Shown here: positions 36,096 through 49,888 of the stretch, piece by piece | Layout of the letters: every line of letters begins with the position of its first letter | How positions within the stretch are numbered: position 1 is the first letter of the stretch | Source of the DNA: Mobula hypostoma | Lineage: Eukaryota | NCBI RefSeq assembly: GCF_963921235.1 | Contig: NC_086097.1 | Coordinates: 146,074,001-146,138,000 of the forward strand | Length of the DNA stretch: 64,000 bases | Reading direction: 5' to 3' | The notes under the pieces: model-generated | Databases searched by the model: none | What the model was told of the DNA's origin: nothing | The model's input: the letters and a program-made list of their open reading frames with translations, nothing else | Made by a program: the position numbers and the translations under genes

Positions 36096-38611
36096 ATGCT
36101 CACAGAAATTTGGATCACTATCAAATGTAAAATCTCAGAAGTTTCCCCATTTTGATCAAATTCTGTTGTGCCCTCCTGACATCTTTTGTTTGTTTTGTTT
36201 TGTACACTTGCACATCTCTAAAGTTATTGAGACATACTTTATGTCTATAATCGAGGTGCCATGTAAACACAATGAGCTGTTATTATACTAAATGGCTGGT
36301 GAAGGTGTGAAAATTCTAGGCTTGTTTTATTTAACCAAGGAAACGTTGGCAGGTGCTATGCTCCCCTTCAGTCGGCAGTTTGAAAGAAAATTGTTGGCTA
36401 ACACCATTGCACACCTTTTCATATATTCAATAAAAAAACATACTGTGCTGAATATCAGGTGCTAGAGAAATGGACCTCCTATTTGGCCACTGCGGTCAGC
36501 ATTGAGACATTTCAAAGTACCGTAATTGAAAAAGCCTTTGACTCTACAAGCTGTAAAAAGGCTTTAGAATAATCGTCAGGATCATCTTGGCCGAGTTAAC
36601 TCTGGTAGATCACTTCACCTCCTGGCCTTCCATTTCAGTGGATTCATTGGGCCATATACTGAATTGACAGTGCTTGTGTGAGGAGTGTGTGCCACAGGCC
36701 AAATTGAGCATCATCCAATCCACAGCATTTATTTGATGCCTGTGGCAACTCTGGTAAGTTTTCAGGAAAGTATCATATTAATCACCTGTGTAATGCAGCC
36801 AACATTGCTGGGTAGGACAACCCATTCTTTTATACAGTAAGGTCATATATTTATTGATTAGCTAATTCAAGTGTTTGACATGATCACCAGGGGGATATTC
36901 TTGGAAGGAAACAAGACACTTCTTTCGGCCCAATGTGGAGGTTGAACCTCAGTTTCAAAGTTTACGGTGGGATTTGAACCTGGCATTGTGACTCAGAAGT
37001 GTGATCGGTTCCAGCTGAGCCAATATGACATGATGGTGACATTGAGATTTGCGTCCTGGAGATCTTATATAAAAAAGCATCTGGAGGTTGATTTGTATTG
37101 CAAGATCATGAACAAGGAGCTTATGCAATCAATGTCTGTTTAAGATTTCACTTGTAACTTCAGCTACGAACTGTAACCAAAGATAAACAGGAAGAACACT
37201 ATTCAGAGGAACACAGTCATTGCCCTAAAACAGAAAAATCAACTGTTGGGTGGTGAATTCTCTAGCCTGGAGATCAAAATAGTATTATACATTTGCAGGT
37301 ACTGAGTGCACCTGGTTGCACTGGCAATCATGTCTGCACATGTAACCTTTTCTTCTGAGATTAGTTTGAAGGAGGAAGAAACCTGGACGTTTCTCACCCA
37401 GCCTTATCTTTTACAGTCTAATGATAAACTCAACCTCATCCAAATCTCTATTTGCTCATGCACTAACTTGCACAAAGTACTATTCATGCATCAACGCTAT
37501 TCATGCTGACGACAATTGGCAAAAGTCCTATTTTATACAGTACTTCCTTTTAAAAGGTAGAAGCAAGAGGAGTCCATTTGGCCACTTGTACCTATTCTAT
37601 CTTACAAAAACTATGTGATTAACTGTTTTATTAACGTCAATGCCATTTCCAGTACCAAACCCACATTATGTAGTTTTCTTAATACCATAAATGAGAATTG
37701 TCTATCTCATATGACATTGATCAACAATGCTAGCTTTCATATATAAAAAATATCCCCTGGTGATTGGGTAGGGAATCCTGCAGACAGCTGCAACTGGACA
37801 ACCAACCAAAAAAGTGATAGATCCTCTCATTACCCAGTTTGCCTAATGACTGTGTGCCATTTGCAAACTCGAGGAAGAACTAAACTCTGATGCCAAACCC
37901 ACTCTGGGCAAAAGTTCTCAAAGTCCTTTCAATCATAGGCCCAAGACACAATGGATTCTGGGTCATTCCATCTATTGCCAGGCCTAAGTCCACTGGGCCC
38001 AGGCAATGCCAGGTCTGAGAGACTGGGGACCATCCAAAGGCGGACTGTGTCCTTGACGCCTTGTAGATTCCTTCCCAGACTTCACTCCTACTAATGATAG
38101 GCACATGTATATGAACTATTCTAGACAGAGCTGATGTTGCAATGCACAAAAGGCATTGAGGGTAGACAGGACGTAGGCTGTGTCTAGCTTCTCACTTAGC
38201 GCAAGATGTTTTTCCACTTGATTGAGTTTGTAAAAAAAAGCTTATTCGCTGGTTGTAAAAACAGAAAATACTGGAAATAGTCTGCAGGCTCAGGCAGGAT
38301 CTGTGAAGAGAGAAACAGAAATGGTTTTGCATAAGCTCCTCTCATAACTTGAAACACAGTGTTGGTAACTTTGATGTGCTGACCGAAATTGGCTCCGGAT
38401 TAAATAACATCTTAAATAACATCTTAATTTAGAAAAATTATATTGCTCCTTTACCTTTCACTTCGCTACATTTGAAATTGGAAACAATCCCTGGAGAAAT
38501 GAGTGCTCTTCTAGTACAGGCCTCTCTAATGGCTAGCAGTGCCATCCATTGCCAAGTGTTGGAATTCCTTTCCTAAGTACTCCACTGCTCTACTTTTCTT
38601 TCCAACTTTAC

Positions 38612-39015
38612 GTAGAACATAGAAATTGAACAGTGCTGCACAGTACAGACCCTTTGGCCCAATATGTTGTGCCAATCTTTTAACATACTTCAATATCAAG
38701 CTAATGCTTCTGGCCCACATAGCCTTCATTTTTTCTTTCATCCATGTGCCTCTCTAAGAGCCTTTTAGGTGTCCCTAATGTACTTACCTCTATCACCACT
38801 CCTGGCAGTGTATTCCAGGCATTTACCATTCTCTGTATAAAGAAATACCTCTGATATCCCCCTGAACTTTCCTCCGATCATCTTAAATGTCTGTCCTCTC
38901 ACATTACCCATTGCACCCTGAGAAAAAGGAATGAATGTCCACTCTATGTTCCTTATTATTTTATACCTCCCCTATCAAGCCACCTCTCATCCTCCATTGT
39001 TCCAAAGAGAAAAGC
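38612..39015 (-). mobile_element. CR1 3' fragment
   Basis: GAACATAGAA tail; colinear with 4700-5060. Confidence 0.75.
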
Positions 39016-41877
39016 AACTGTGAAGAAATATCAGTTACATTGGATTTATAGATTATAGAGTCATACATCAAAGAAACAAGCACTTCAATCCATCGAGCAT
39101 ATGCCAACCATGAAGCACCCACTTACACTAATTTTAAAACTAATTCTATTTTATTCTCTCTATATTCCATCAAATATCCTTTACACCCACCTCAGTTTCT
39201 ATCATTTACCCTAGGGACAATGTGCAGAGTCTAATTAACCTACCAATCTGCATGTTTTGGAAATGGGAAGAAAATGGAGGAGATCCATAGTCACATGGAG
39301 AGCATGCAAACTCCACAGTGACAGCACAAGATGCCATGATCAAATCACCACACTAGAGTCATAAGGCAGCAACTCTACCATTGAGTTGTCTCAAAATGTT
39401 TTTACGAGAACTGAGAAGGCTAATAAGTGATTTAATCCAGATGAATAAAATTATGAAAATCCAAATTAGAGTGAATAATAAAAGGTCTGCTTTTCTTAGC
39501 AGGAAAGGCAATATTCAGAGATCATAGATTTAAAGTTATAGGGAATAGGATTTAAGAGCAGTTAAGGTTAAAAAAAACTTCCCTCAGCTTGGTGGGCATG
39601 TGAAATTCATCATCCAAAATGGTATCCTTATGTACTGCAATTTTCTTTGACTCAATAAACCAGTGATTTACTTTTGTTCTGTCAGCCTTTGCATTGTCAA
39701 TATAGAAAGACAATGATAAATTATGCTGTTAGAGATAATTTTAAGTTGGGTCTTTGAGAGTTAATGAGTATTTAGAAGCCAGGACAAGTAAAACTGAAGG
39801 CAGCAATAGCTGCAGTTTTAATACTTTTTAAATCTATCTGGTGTGAATGAATAAGTGACTTGTCTCTTCAAGCTCTAGTGAATTAACAATGAACCTCCTT
39901 ATACTTTTTTATTGTTTCCAGATGGCTACTATTTCATACATTGATGACAAATACACAAGCCTGGAAGTCATTTTGATTTATTCCTCTCTCTTTTCTTTCC
40001 ATTTTTGTGCCAACTATATTGTCTTGCAACAGCTGTCTCTTCCTGTGCCAGCCTCACACAACAGTACCCATTTTAATTAGCTTGACTCAAGCTGTTTCCC
40101 TGTGCAAAAGTTCTTTGCTGAATTGTGCTTACCTTTCAGATGCTAGTTTCATCCATTGCATCCTTTCAGGATACATACACAGAAAGCGTGGTACATTTTG
40201 CAAGTTACCCTACTGTTTTGAGGTTTCATTTGTGGGAAGGAGCAGTTTACTGCTGGGAATGTTTCTTTCATAATCTCGCTGGTGCCAGATCAGGTGCTGA
40301 GTGTTCCCTTTCTCAATCCCTGTGGAAGCTTAATCCTTTAAAGTGGCAATTAGACTGGATGGCTGCTAAATAAATGGATTTTCTTCCTCTGCTAGTGAAA
40401 GTCAAGTGTGAAAAGCTGTTTTCAAAATAAAGCATTTGTGTTTGCAATTTGGGAAGAGATGTGAAGTTTGAAAGATGAAATGGAATAATAACAGAAATCG
40501 AAGAGGGCAAATAGGCAGCGTCTTTGTGATTTGGAAAAGGAACAAGTTTGAAGATTTAGCAACAACTTTTCATTTCACATTTATTTTTTAAATCATTTGT
40601 TTTGGGAATTATATCGCTAGTAATTTAAATAATACCCTTATTTGCCTAAAGGGCACAAAAATAACAACTCAAACATGGGTCTCTAGGGTTAATTTTCCAC
40701 CTGGTACACATAATGAGAAATTCTGGGAAAATAATTAGAAAAGAAAAATAGGAACTGTCTAACACATTTTTGTTTGTTTTAAATGGAGAGGTCTATAAAA
40801 CAAGGTAGGTAATATTTTCTTAGTTTATCATGAATATTCCCAGTTTCCATCATGCTCTATTTGACCCTTTAGGTAATCCTTCAATCCACAGGGTGTTCAT
40901 AAGCTCATTTAGCTGAAAACATTCAGCTGTACTGAGAGCAGTTATCAATGACTTTCTGAGTAGCTGCATTTGATTAGGAAACATGTTCTATAAGGTGGAA
41001 GAAGAACTCCACCGAGAACACCTGAAAGACTGCTCTTAAAAGACTGAGTGAGTACTTGCAATGTTGTTATTACCACTGTCAATGTTCTGGAGACATAATT
41101 CCAGTAGATGAGGATGCCCTCTTAGTTTTGAGCTTCTAATGAAGGTCATGAGCTAAAGGCTTTAATGTCTGTCAAAGTGGCACCAATCCTCATTCACTGA
41201 GCATTCCTCTGTTGAATGGTAGACTAGTTTGCTGAGAGTGTTTTCTGAATCTACTTGTCTCTTGTGCTCAACTGGCCTTTATATTGTGTACTTATTAACT
41301 GTCCATCTGCATAGTTAGCCAGTATATTGGATTTTGAAATAGGAAAATAAAAATACTTCTGTTAAGTAGGAATTACTTAGATCTATCACAAACTAATTTT
41401 TAGAATGGGCATGTTATTTCCTTTGAGCATGTTAATATGAGGAAAGATGTGACTTATGTTTAAGTAACCTAGAACGTAATCACTAATTTGACTCAGCTCT
41501 GAGATAATGCATTAGATTTTTAACCACAGATAAAACATGGAACCTACTTGGGTAGGGGCAGAATAAGATTATTGATATTAGTTTATTATTATGCTCAATA
41601 ATCTTGAACCATCCAACTGATAAATTAAGCTGATAAATTTAGTGTCGTGAATCACAGTGCAAGTGAAGAATTTGCATAGTCACAGAGCAACACAGCCCAG
41701 ATACACGCCCTTTGGCCCAGCAAGTTCATTCTGACCACCTAGCACTAACTTCCTCTGCAGCCCATATCCCTCCATGCCCCATGACCCTATCCAAGTGCTT
41801 TTTAAATGATGCCATTGTACCTACTTCAACCACTTCCTGTGGCAGCTCATTCCATATGCTCACCACCCGCTTTGTGA

Positions 41878-44800
41878 GAAACATAGAAACACAAAAAATA
41901 GGTGCAGGAGTAGGCCATTTGGCCCTTTGAGCCTGTGCTGCCATTCAGTATGATCATGGCTGATCATAGAACTCAGAACCCTGTACTAGCCTTCCCTCCA
42001 TACCCACTGATCCCTTTAGCCACAAGGGCCATATCTAACTCCCTCTTAAATATAGCCAATGAACTGGCCTCAACTGTTTCCAGTGGGAGAGAATTCCACA
42101 GATTCACCACCCTCTGTGTGAAGAAGTTTTTCCTAATCTCTGTCCTAAAAGGCTTCCCCTTTATCCTCAAACTGTGACCCCTCATTCTGGACTTCCCAAC
42201 ATCGGGAACAATCTTCCTGCATCTAGCCTGTCCAATTCCTTTAGGATTTTATACTTTTCAATAAGATCCCCCCTCAATCTTCTAAATTTGAACGAGTGTA
42301 AGCCTGGTTGATCCAGTCTTTCATCATATGAAAGTCCTGCCATCCCAGGAATCAATCTGGTGAACCTTCTTTGTACTCCCTCTATGGCAAGGATGTCTTT
42401 CCTCAGATTAGGGGACCAAAACTGCACACAATACTCCAGGTGTGGTCTCACCAAGGCCTTGTACAACTGCAGTAGTACCTCCCTGCTCCTGTACTCGAAT
42501 CCTCTTGCTATGAATGCCAGCATACCATTTGCCTTTATCACCGCCTGCTGTACCTGCATGCCCACTTTCAATGACTGGTGTATAATGACACCCAGGTCTC
42601 CTTGCTCCTCCCCTTTTCCTAATTGGCCACCATTCAGATAATAATCTGTTTTCCTGTTTTTGCCACCAAAGTGGATAACTTCACATTTATCCACAGTAAA
42701 TTGCATCTGCCATGAATTTGCCCACTCACCTAACCTATCCAAGTCACCCTGCATCCTCTTAGAATACTCCTCACAGCTAACACTGCTGCCCAGCTTCGTG
42801 TCATCCGCAAATTTGGAGATGCTGCACTTAATTCCCTCATTCAAGTCATTAATATATCTTGTAAACAACTGAGGTCCCAGCACTGAGCCTTGCGGTACCC
42901 CACTAGTCACTGCCTGCCATTCTGAAAAGGTCCTGTTTATTCCCACTCTTTGCTTCCTGTCTGCCAACCAATTCTCTATCCACATCAATATCTTACCCCC
43001 AGTACCGTGCGCTTTAAGTTTGCACACTAATCTCCTGTGTGGGACCTTGTCAAAAGCCTTTTGAAAATCCAAATATACCACATCCACTGGTTCTCCCCTA
43101 TCCACTCTACTAGTTACATCCTCAAAAAATTCTATGAGATTCGTCAGACATGATTTTCCTTTCACAAATCCATGCTGACTTTGTCTGATGATTTCACTGC
43201 TTTCCAAATGTGCTGTTATCACATCTTTGATAACTGACTCCAGCATTTTCCCCACCACCGATGTTAGGCTAACCGGTCTATAATTCCCTAGTTTCTCTCT
43301 CCCTCCTTTTTTAAAAAGTGGGGTTACATTAGCCACCCTCCAATCCTCAGGAACTAGTCCAGAATCTAAAGAGTTCTGAAAAATTATCACTAATGCATCC
43401 ACTATTTCTTGGGCTACTTCCTTAAGCACTCTGGGATGCAGACCATCTGGCCCTGGGGATTTATCTGCCTTTAATCCCTTCAATTTACCTAACACCACTT
43501 CCCTACTAACATGTATTTCGCTCAGTTCCTCCATCTCACTGGACCCTCTATCCCCTACTATTTCCGGAAGATTATTTATGTCCTCCTTAGTGAAGACAGA
43601 ACCAAAGTAGTTATTCAATTGGTCTGCCATGTCCTTGCTCCCTATAATCAATTCACCTGTTTCTGTCTGTAGGGGACCTCCATTTGTCTTAACCAATCTT
43701 TTTCTTTTCACATATCTATAAAAGCTTTTACAGTCAGTTTTTATGTTCCCTACCAGTTTTCTGTCATCTTTTTTCCCCTTCCTAATTAAGCCCTTTGTCC
43801 TCCTCTGCTGGACTCTAAATTTCTCCCAATCCTCAGGTGAGCCACTTTTTCTGGCTAATTTGTATGCTTCTTCTTTGGAATTGATACTATCCCTAATTTC
43901 CCTTGTCAGCTATGGGTGCACTACCTTCCTTGATTTATTCTTTTGCCAAACTGGGATGAACAATTGTTGTAGTTTATCCATGTGACCTTTAAATGCTTGC
44001 CATTGCATATCCACCGTCAACCATTTAAGTGTCATTTGCCAGTCCATCTTAGCTAATTCACGTCTCATACCTTCAAAGTTACCCTTCTTTAAGTTCAGAA
44101 ACTTTGTTTCTGAATTAACTATGTCACTCTCCATCTTAATGAAGAATTCCACCATATTATGGTCACTCTTACCCAAGGGGCCTCTCATGACAAGATTGCT
44201 AATTAACCCTTCCTCATTGCTCAATACCCAGTCTACAATAGCCTGCTCTCTAGTTGGTTCCTCGACATGTTGGTTCAAAAAACCATCCCGCATACATTCC
44301 AAGAAATCCTCTTCCTCAGCACCCTTACCAATTTGGGTCACCCAATCTATATGTAGATTGAAGTCACCCATTATAACTGCTGTTCCTTTATTGCACCCAT
44401 TTCTAATTTCCTGTTTAATACCATCCCCAACCTCACTACTACTGTTAGGTGGCCTGTACACAACTCCCACCAGCATTTTCTGCCTCTTAGTGTTATGCAG
44501 CTCTACCCATATCGATTCCATATCCTCCCGGCTAATGTCCTTCCTTTCTATTGCGTTAATCTCCTCCCTAACCAGCAATGCTACCCCACCTCCTTTTCTT
44601 TCATGTCTATCCTTCTTGAATATTGAATATCCCTGAATGTTGAGCTCCCATCCTTGGTCACCCTGGAGCCATGTCTCTGTGATCCCAACTATATCATATT
44701 CATTAAAAACAATCTGCACTTTTAATTCATCCACCTTGTTACCAATGCTCCTTGCATTGATACACAAAGCCTTCAGGCTCGCTTTTACAACACTCTTAGC

Positions 44801-45243
44801 CCTTGTACAATTATGTTGAAAAGTGGCCCTTTTTGATTTTTGCCCTGGATTTGCCGGCCTGCCGCTTTTATTTTTCACCTTACTACTTTTTGCTTCTACC
44901 CTCATTTTACACCCCTCTGTCTTTCTGCATTGGTTCCCATCCCCCTGTTGTGAACTAACCTCCTCTCTCCTAGTCTCCTTAATTTGATTCCCACTCCCCA
45001 ACCATTCTAGTTTAAAGTCACCTCAGTCGCCCTCGCAGATCTCTCCGCCAGGATATTGGTCCCCCTAGGATTCAAGTGTAACCCGTCCTTTTTGTACAGG
45101 TCACACCTGCGCCAAAAGGGGTCCCAATGATCCAAAAACTTGAATCCCTGCCCCCTGCTCCAATCCCTCAACCACGCATTTATCCTCCACCTCATTGCAT
45201 TCCTACTCTCACTGTCGCATGGCACAGGCTATAATCCCGAGAT
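41878..45243 (-). mobile_element. Young CR1 with near-intact ORF2 and the 3' part of the ORF1 esterase
   Basis: APE ORF 43910-45001 (CINARSIGNK..GITETWL..GVVYRPPNS..IMGDFN..GKSDH), RT ORF 42182-43711 (GVPQGSVLGPQLF..KFADDTK), C-terminus 41973-42185, esterase remnant 45007-45225 (FLDHWDPF..DGLHLN). Confidence 0.95.
42182..45001 (-). pseudogene. CR1 ORF2 (APE endonuclease and reverse transcriptase), interrupted near 43750-43910 and frameshifted near 42185
   Basis: 363-aa and 509-aa ORFs with all canonical motifs. Confidence 0.9.
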
Positions 45244-45544
45244 ATGTTCCCCATCCCCTCCCTTTTTCCTCTCATTCCTTCAACCTAGGGAAAAAACTGT
45301 TCACCTTATCAATGCTCCTCTTCATTTTAAATTCTTTGATAAGGTCACCCCTCATTCTTCCATTTTACCTCATTCTCTCATTTTTTCCCTTTTTTGTTTT
45401 TTCTACAATGCCTCATAGAAACATTGATTCCAAATAAACTGTGATTAAGAAGAGACAGACAGATATGATACCCTGTGCCAAAACAATTGTTCCTGATTAA
45501 ACTGCCAGCTGTATAATGTGTTCACAGACTGTATTCATTTGACA

Positions 45545-46320
45545 GATTTGGTTCTCATAGTATTAGCTGGGTCGAGCAGTGACAGATGGGATCTAGTCCA
45601 GACCTGTTTGAGGGAATGCACTTTGGGAAGATAAATTCTGGTAAGATTTATAGAATAAATGGCAGGGACCTTGTTGGCATTGATGTACAGAGGGACATTT
45701 ATGTTGCCAGACCACACTTGGGGTATTACGTACATTTCTTTTACCACTCTGCAGGAAGGATGTGGTAGCAATAGAGAGCAATTGCATAAAAGTTCATCAG
45801 GATGTGGACTTTATTTATAAGGGGAGATTGGATAAACAGCATTTGTGTTTATTTTAGGTTTACCCTCAGTGTAGGTAACTTTATAGCTGTTTATGAAATT
45901 ATGAGGGGCATAAACATAGACACAAGAAATTCTGCAGATGCTGGAAATCCAAAGCAACACACACAAGATGCTGGAGGAACTCAGCAGGTCAGGCAGCATC
46001 TATGGAAATGAATAAACAGTGTCTCAGTCTGAGACCCTTCTTCAGAAAAATAATTCTTTTTTCCAAGATTGGAGTCTAAAATCGGAGGGAACAGGTTTAA
46101 GATGAGAGAGGAGAAATTTAAACACTGTTATCTGGAACAAGCTGCTAGAGGAGGTGATAGAAGAAAATGTTGAAAAAAATGATTTGATTTTTATGTAGGG
46201 AAGGCATGGAGGGGTATAGACTGAATGCAGGCAAGTGGGATTAGTATACAGTGGCATGGATAAGGTGGGCTTAAAGGGCCATCTCTGTATGTTAATCTCC
46301 GTACAATGACTATCATTGTA
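45545..46320 (+). mobile_element. Decayed CR1 3' region with a short Penelope-derived insert (about 45912-46045)
   Basis: ARPHLGYYVHF remnant; the insert has the AATTCTGCAGATGCTGG..TGCTGGAGGAACTCAGCAGG pattern. Confidence 0.65.
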
Positions 46321-46429
46321 ACTCAAATGTCTAAACTACAATGTATTCCGATTCTTGGGCAGACTCTCCTATCTGATCTTGCTTGCATGTGTATTTTTGT
46401 TGAATTGTGTTGAAAGTGAACACAGGTTC

Positions 46430-49251
46430 ACATCTGAGCATTTTCAGTTCAATGATGGGCTTAATGATGCAATGAGGGATCGTTTAGTTTGTGGAATCTT
46501 ACAAGAAAGCATTCAAAATGCCCCCCAACTGAAGTACAAAGTACATTTAAAAAGCAGTTGAAATTGTTGTTTCAATGGAAAGAGCAGAGAGAGATGCAAC
46601 TGAGTTGCAATCGTGAATTAAAGTGACTGAGAACAAAATTACAAAGTCTGAACATAAATCGGCCAGGCTGAACAAATTGTGTTACCTTTGTGACAAGGGC
46701 TCCCATTCACTAGACCAATGCAGATTTAAAGGTGAAATTTGCAGAAAATGCAACAAAGTAGGATACATACAAGGAGCATGTTGGGCAGACAAAAATAAAT
46801 GGACTGCATAAGGAGGAGACAAAGATAAGACGTCAATTTGCAGTTTCAAAAAGAGCAGAAATTGCATCATGTTGATGAAAAATCTGATAATGATGAGAGT
46901 GACACCAGACTGGGTAGCCTTGAAACTTACAATGTGAAAACCAACAAGAGACAAACAACACACATAAAAGTTGCTGGTGAACGCAGCAGGCCAGGCAGCA
47001 TCTCTAGGAAGAGGTGCAGTCGATGTTTCAGGCCGAGACCCTTTGTTAGGACTAACTGAAGGAAGAGTGAGTAAGGGATTTGAAAGTTGGAGGGGGAGGG
47101 GGAGATCCAAAATGATAGGAGAAGACAGGAGGGGGAGGGATGGAGCCAAGAGCTGGACAGGTGATTGGCAAAGGGGATATGAGAGGATCATGGGACAGGA
47201 GGTCCGGGAAGAAAGACAAGGGGGGGGACCCAGAGGATGGGCAAGGGGTATATTCAGAGGGAGAAAAAGGAGAGTGAGAGAAAGAATGTGTATAAAAATA
47301 AGTAACAGATGGGGTACGAGGGGGAGGTGGGGCATTAGTAGAAGTTAGAGAAGTCGATGTTCATGCCATCAGGTTGGAGACTACCCAGACGGAGTATAAG
47401 TTGTTGTTCCTCCAACCTGAGGGTGGCTTCATCTTTACAGTAGAGGAGGCCGTGGATAGACATGTCAGAATGGGAATGGGATGTGGAATTAAAATGTGTG
47501 GCCACTGGGAGATCCTGCTTTCTCTGGCGGACAGAGCGTAGGTGTTCAGCAAAGCAGTCTCCCAGTCTGCGTCGGGTCTCGCCAATATATAAAAGGCCAC
47601 ATCGGGAGCACCGGACGCAGTATATCACCCCAGCCGACTCACAAGTGAAGTGTTGCCTCACCTGGAAGGACTGTTTGGGCCCTGAATGGTGGTAAGAGAG
47701 GAAGTGTAAGGGCATGTGTAGCACTTGTTCCGCTTACACGGATAAGTGCCAGGAGGGAGATCAGTGGGGAGGGATGGGGGGGGGAATGAATGGACAAGGG
47801 AGTCGCGTAGGGAGCGATCCCTGCGGAATGCAGAGAGAAGGGAGGCGGGAAAGATGTGCTTAGTGGTGGGATCCCGTTGGAGGTGGCAGAAGTTACGGAG
47901 AAAAATATGTTGGACCCGGAGGCTGGTGGGGTGGTAGGGGAGGACCGGGGGAACTCTATTCCTAGTGGGGTTTCATCTTTACAGTAGAGGAGGCCGTGGA
48001 TACAACATGGCTTGCACCAGAAATGAAAGGCAAATTAATTGAAAGGGAATTGTACACTGGCTTGACTGTTTCAGTCATCCCTCAAAACTTTTTTTACAGC
48101 ACTTCAAAGATACCAAATTGAAGCTTGCAGGTATCCAACTAAGAACTTACAGTGGAGAAAAGATAACTCCTGTGGGAATGACATTCGTAACAGTGAAATG
48201 CAACAACTGACAAGCCACATTGGGCTTGTGTATGGTAAAAACAAGATTGCCAGTATTGTGGGGTCATGATAAGCTGAGACAACTACAACTTGATTGGAGA
48301 TCCTTCCACCATTTGCATGGCACACACACTGCAACAGAGTCAACTGGAAGCAAATTAAGGAAGTTATTAGATGATGCCACAGCAGTGTTCAAGGATGGCA
48401 TTGCAAAACTCAAACATATCAAGGGTAAAATAGTGTTTAAAAAAAATGCTGCACCCAAGTTTTACAAAGCATGTCGGGTTGCTTGTACCATCCATGATAA
48501 AGTAACCAGTGAGCTAGACCGATGGAGGCTCTAGGAATTCATTCCAAGGTTGAGTAGAGCCCATGGGTGATGTCGGTGGTCCCAGCAGACAAGAATAATG
48601 TTTTTTTTCATGATCTGTAGTGATCCTAAGGTCACCATCAACCCATTACTGAAGGTAGATCAATACCCTATGCCCTGGATAGAGGATACCTTGGCAAACT
48701 TTTCTGGAGGGAAACACTTCAGCAAAGTGAACTTAGCTGAGGCCTACCTATAGATGGAGATGGAAGAAGAATCCAAAATGTTTCTCACTATAAACACTCA
48801 TAAAGGCCTTTATCACTATAATAGGCTTATTTTTTTGATTAGCATCTGCACTTACATTCTGGCAGTGTTAGCTGGATGACATCATTGTACCAGTGAGGAT
48901 GACATGAGCATCTCCAAAATCTCATAATCTTAAAATTGATTAGAAGATAACGGGCCCAGATCGTGATGTGACAAGTGTGAATAATTTAAGCCAAACATCA
49001 CTTACTGTGTATATATTATTTCAGTAATATTTGAGTAATATTGTACATGTATTGTTTGATTAAGCATTCTTTGTTCTTTACGTAATTAATTGTGGGTAAT
49101 CTGTAAAAGAATGTGAATCATAGGCATCATCATGCCCAATACAATAAGTGCAAACCTTGCTTTAACTAAAAACAGGTCTAAGACACATTCCCCTGGGCTC
49201 CTGGCTTTTTCTTGCAATTAGTTTTATGTTTTGAAGTGCCAAAACATAACA
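46430..49251 (+). mobile_element. Decayed Gypsy LTR retrotransposon (gag zinc knuckles, protease, partial RT, 3' LTR 49006-49251)
   Basis: EHFQFNDGLNDAMRDRLVCGI; CYLCDKGSH..C, CRKCNKVGY..C; protease-like ELYTGLTVSVIP; RT DQYPMPWIED..GKHFSKVNLAEAY; LTR ends ...AAAACATAACA. Confidence 0.85.
46953..48002 (-). mobile_element. Young Penelope 3' fragment (GIY-YIG and pLTR) inserted in the Gypsy
   Basis: ORF 47335-47724 (FTCESAGVIYCVRCSRCGLLYIGETRRRLGDCFAEH..GMNIDFSNF); the hammerhead core is mutated to CUAACAA. Confidence 0.9.
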
Positions 49252-49888
49252 TGGTAATTAACATTTGGTTACACTGTTTCCATTTTTCTATGATAGTGAC
49301 TGCTAGATTTGGCAGCAGCTCAGCTGCTTACTTGTTTCACTTAAACCATTTCAGTATTTGGAGCAACTTTAAGCACCTCTGGCTAGTTCCAGTAAATGGG
49401 ACTTGTACTGCCTGTACTGTGACCAGCTGAAGTGAAGAAATGTGCATTGCTGCTTCGTAGTAGACTAATGATGTGGTATCTGTTTTAAGCATCAGCATAT
49501 CAGGGCTAGGAAAGACACGACAAGTTGAGCAGTGGGATCTGCAGTACAATATTGTCTCTGCTTTGTCTCTACTGGTAAAAATGTAATTGCTCTTCCTGCT
49601 CCGAGACTCACTTTCACCCTCTCCGTTCCACTTTCAATATGCCTACAGGATGCTCTGCAATTAACCCTCTGAGGATACATTTAACAGCCCCGCCACTTAA
49701 CAACAAAATCACATTTTGTACAGAGACGGGCTGGAAATGTAAAATATTTCATGTGTCTTTGTGTTGAAAGTAAATACAAGTTCATTGAATCCACTGGTCC
49801 ACCCTACACCCGTTAAAATTTGGCAGAGTCGTGGATGACATGTAGAATTTTCTTAAAATTTCAAGAAAATAGACTGTGAAAAGTTGCA

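Noticed and set aside
36300..36800. Possible conserved non-coding element (also 40100-40560)
   Set aside because: It looks unique and motif-rich, but conservation cannot be judged without alignments.
38400..38428. 12-bp tandem duplication TTAAATAACATC
   Set aside because: Ordinary slippage duplication with no further structure.
44121..44636. 171-aa + strand ORF and similar antisense ORFs over CR1 and Penelope copies
   Set aside because: They are shadow frames of retroelement coding sequence.
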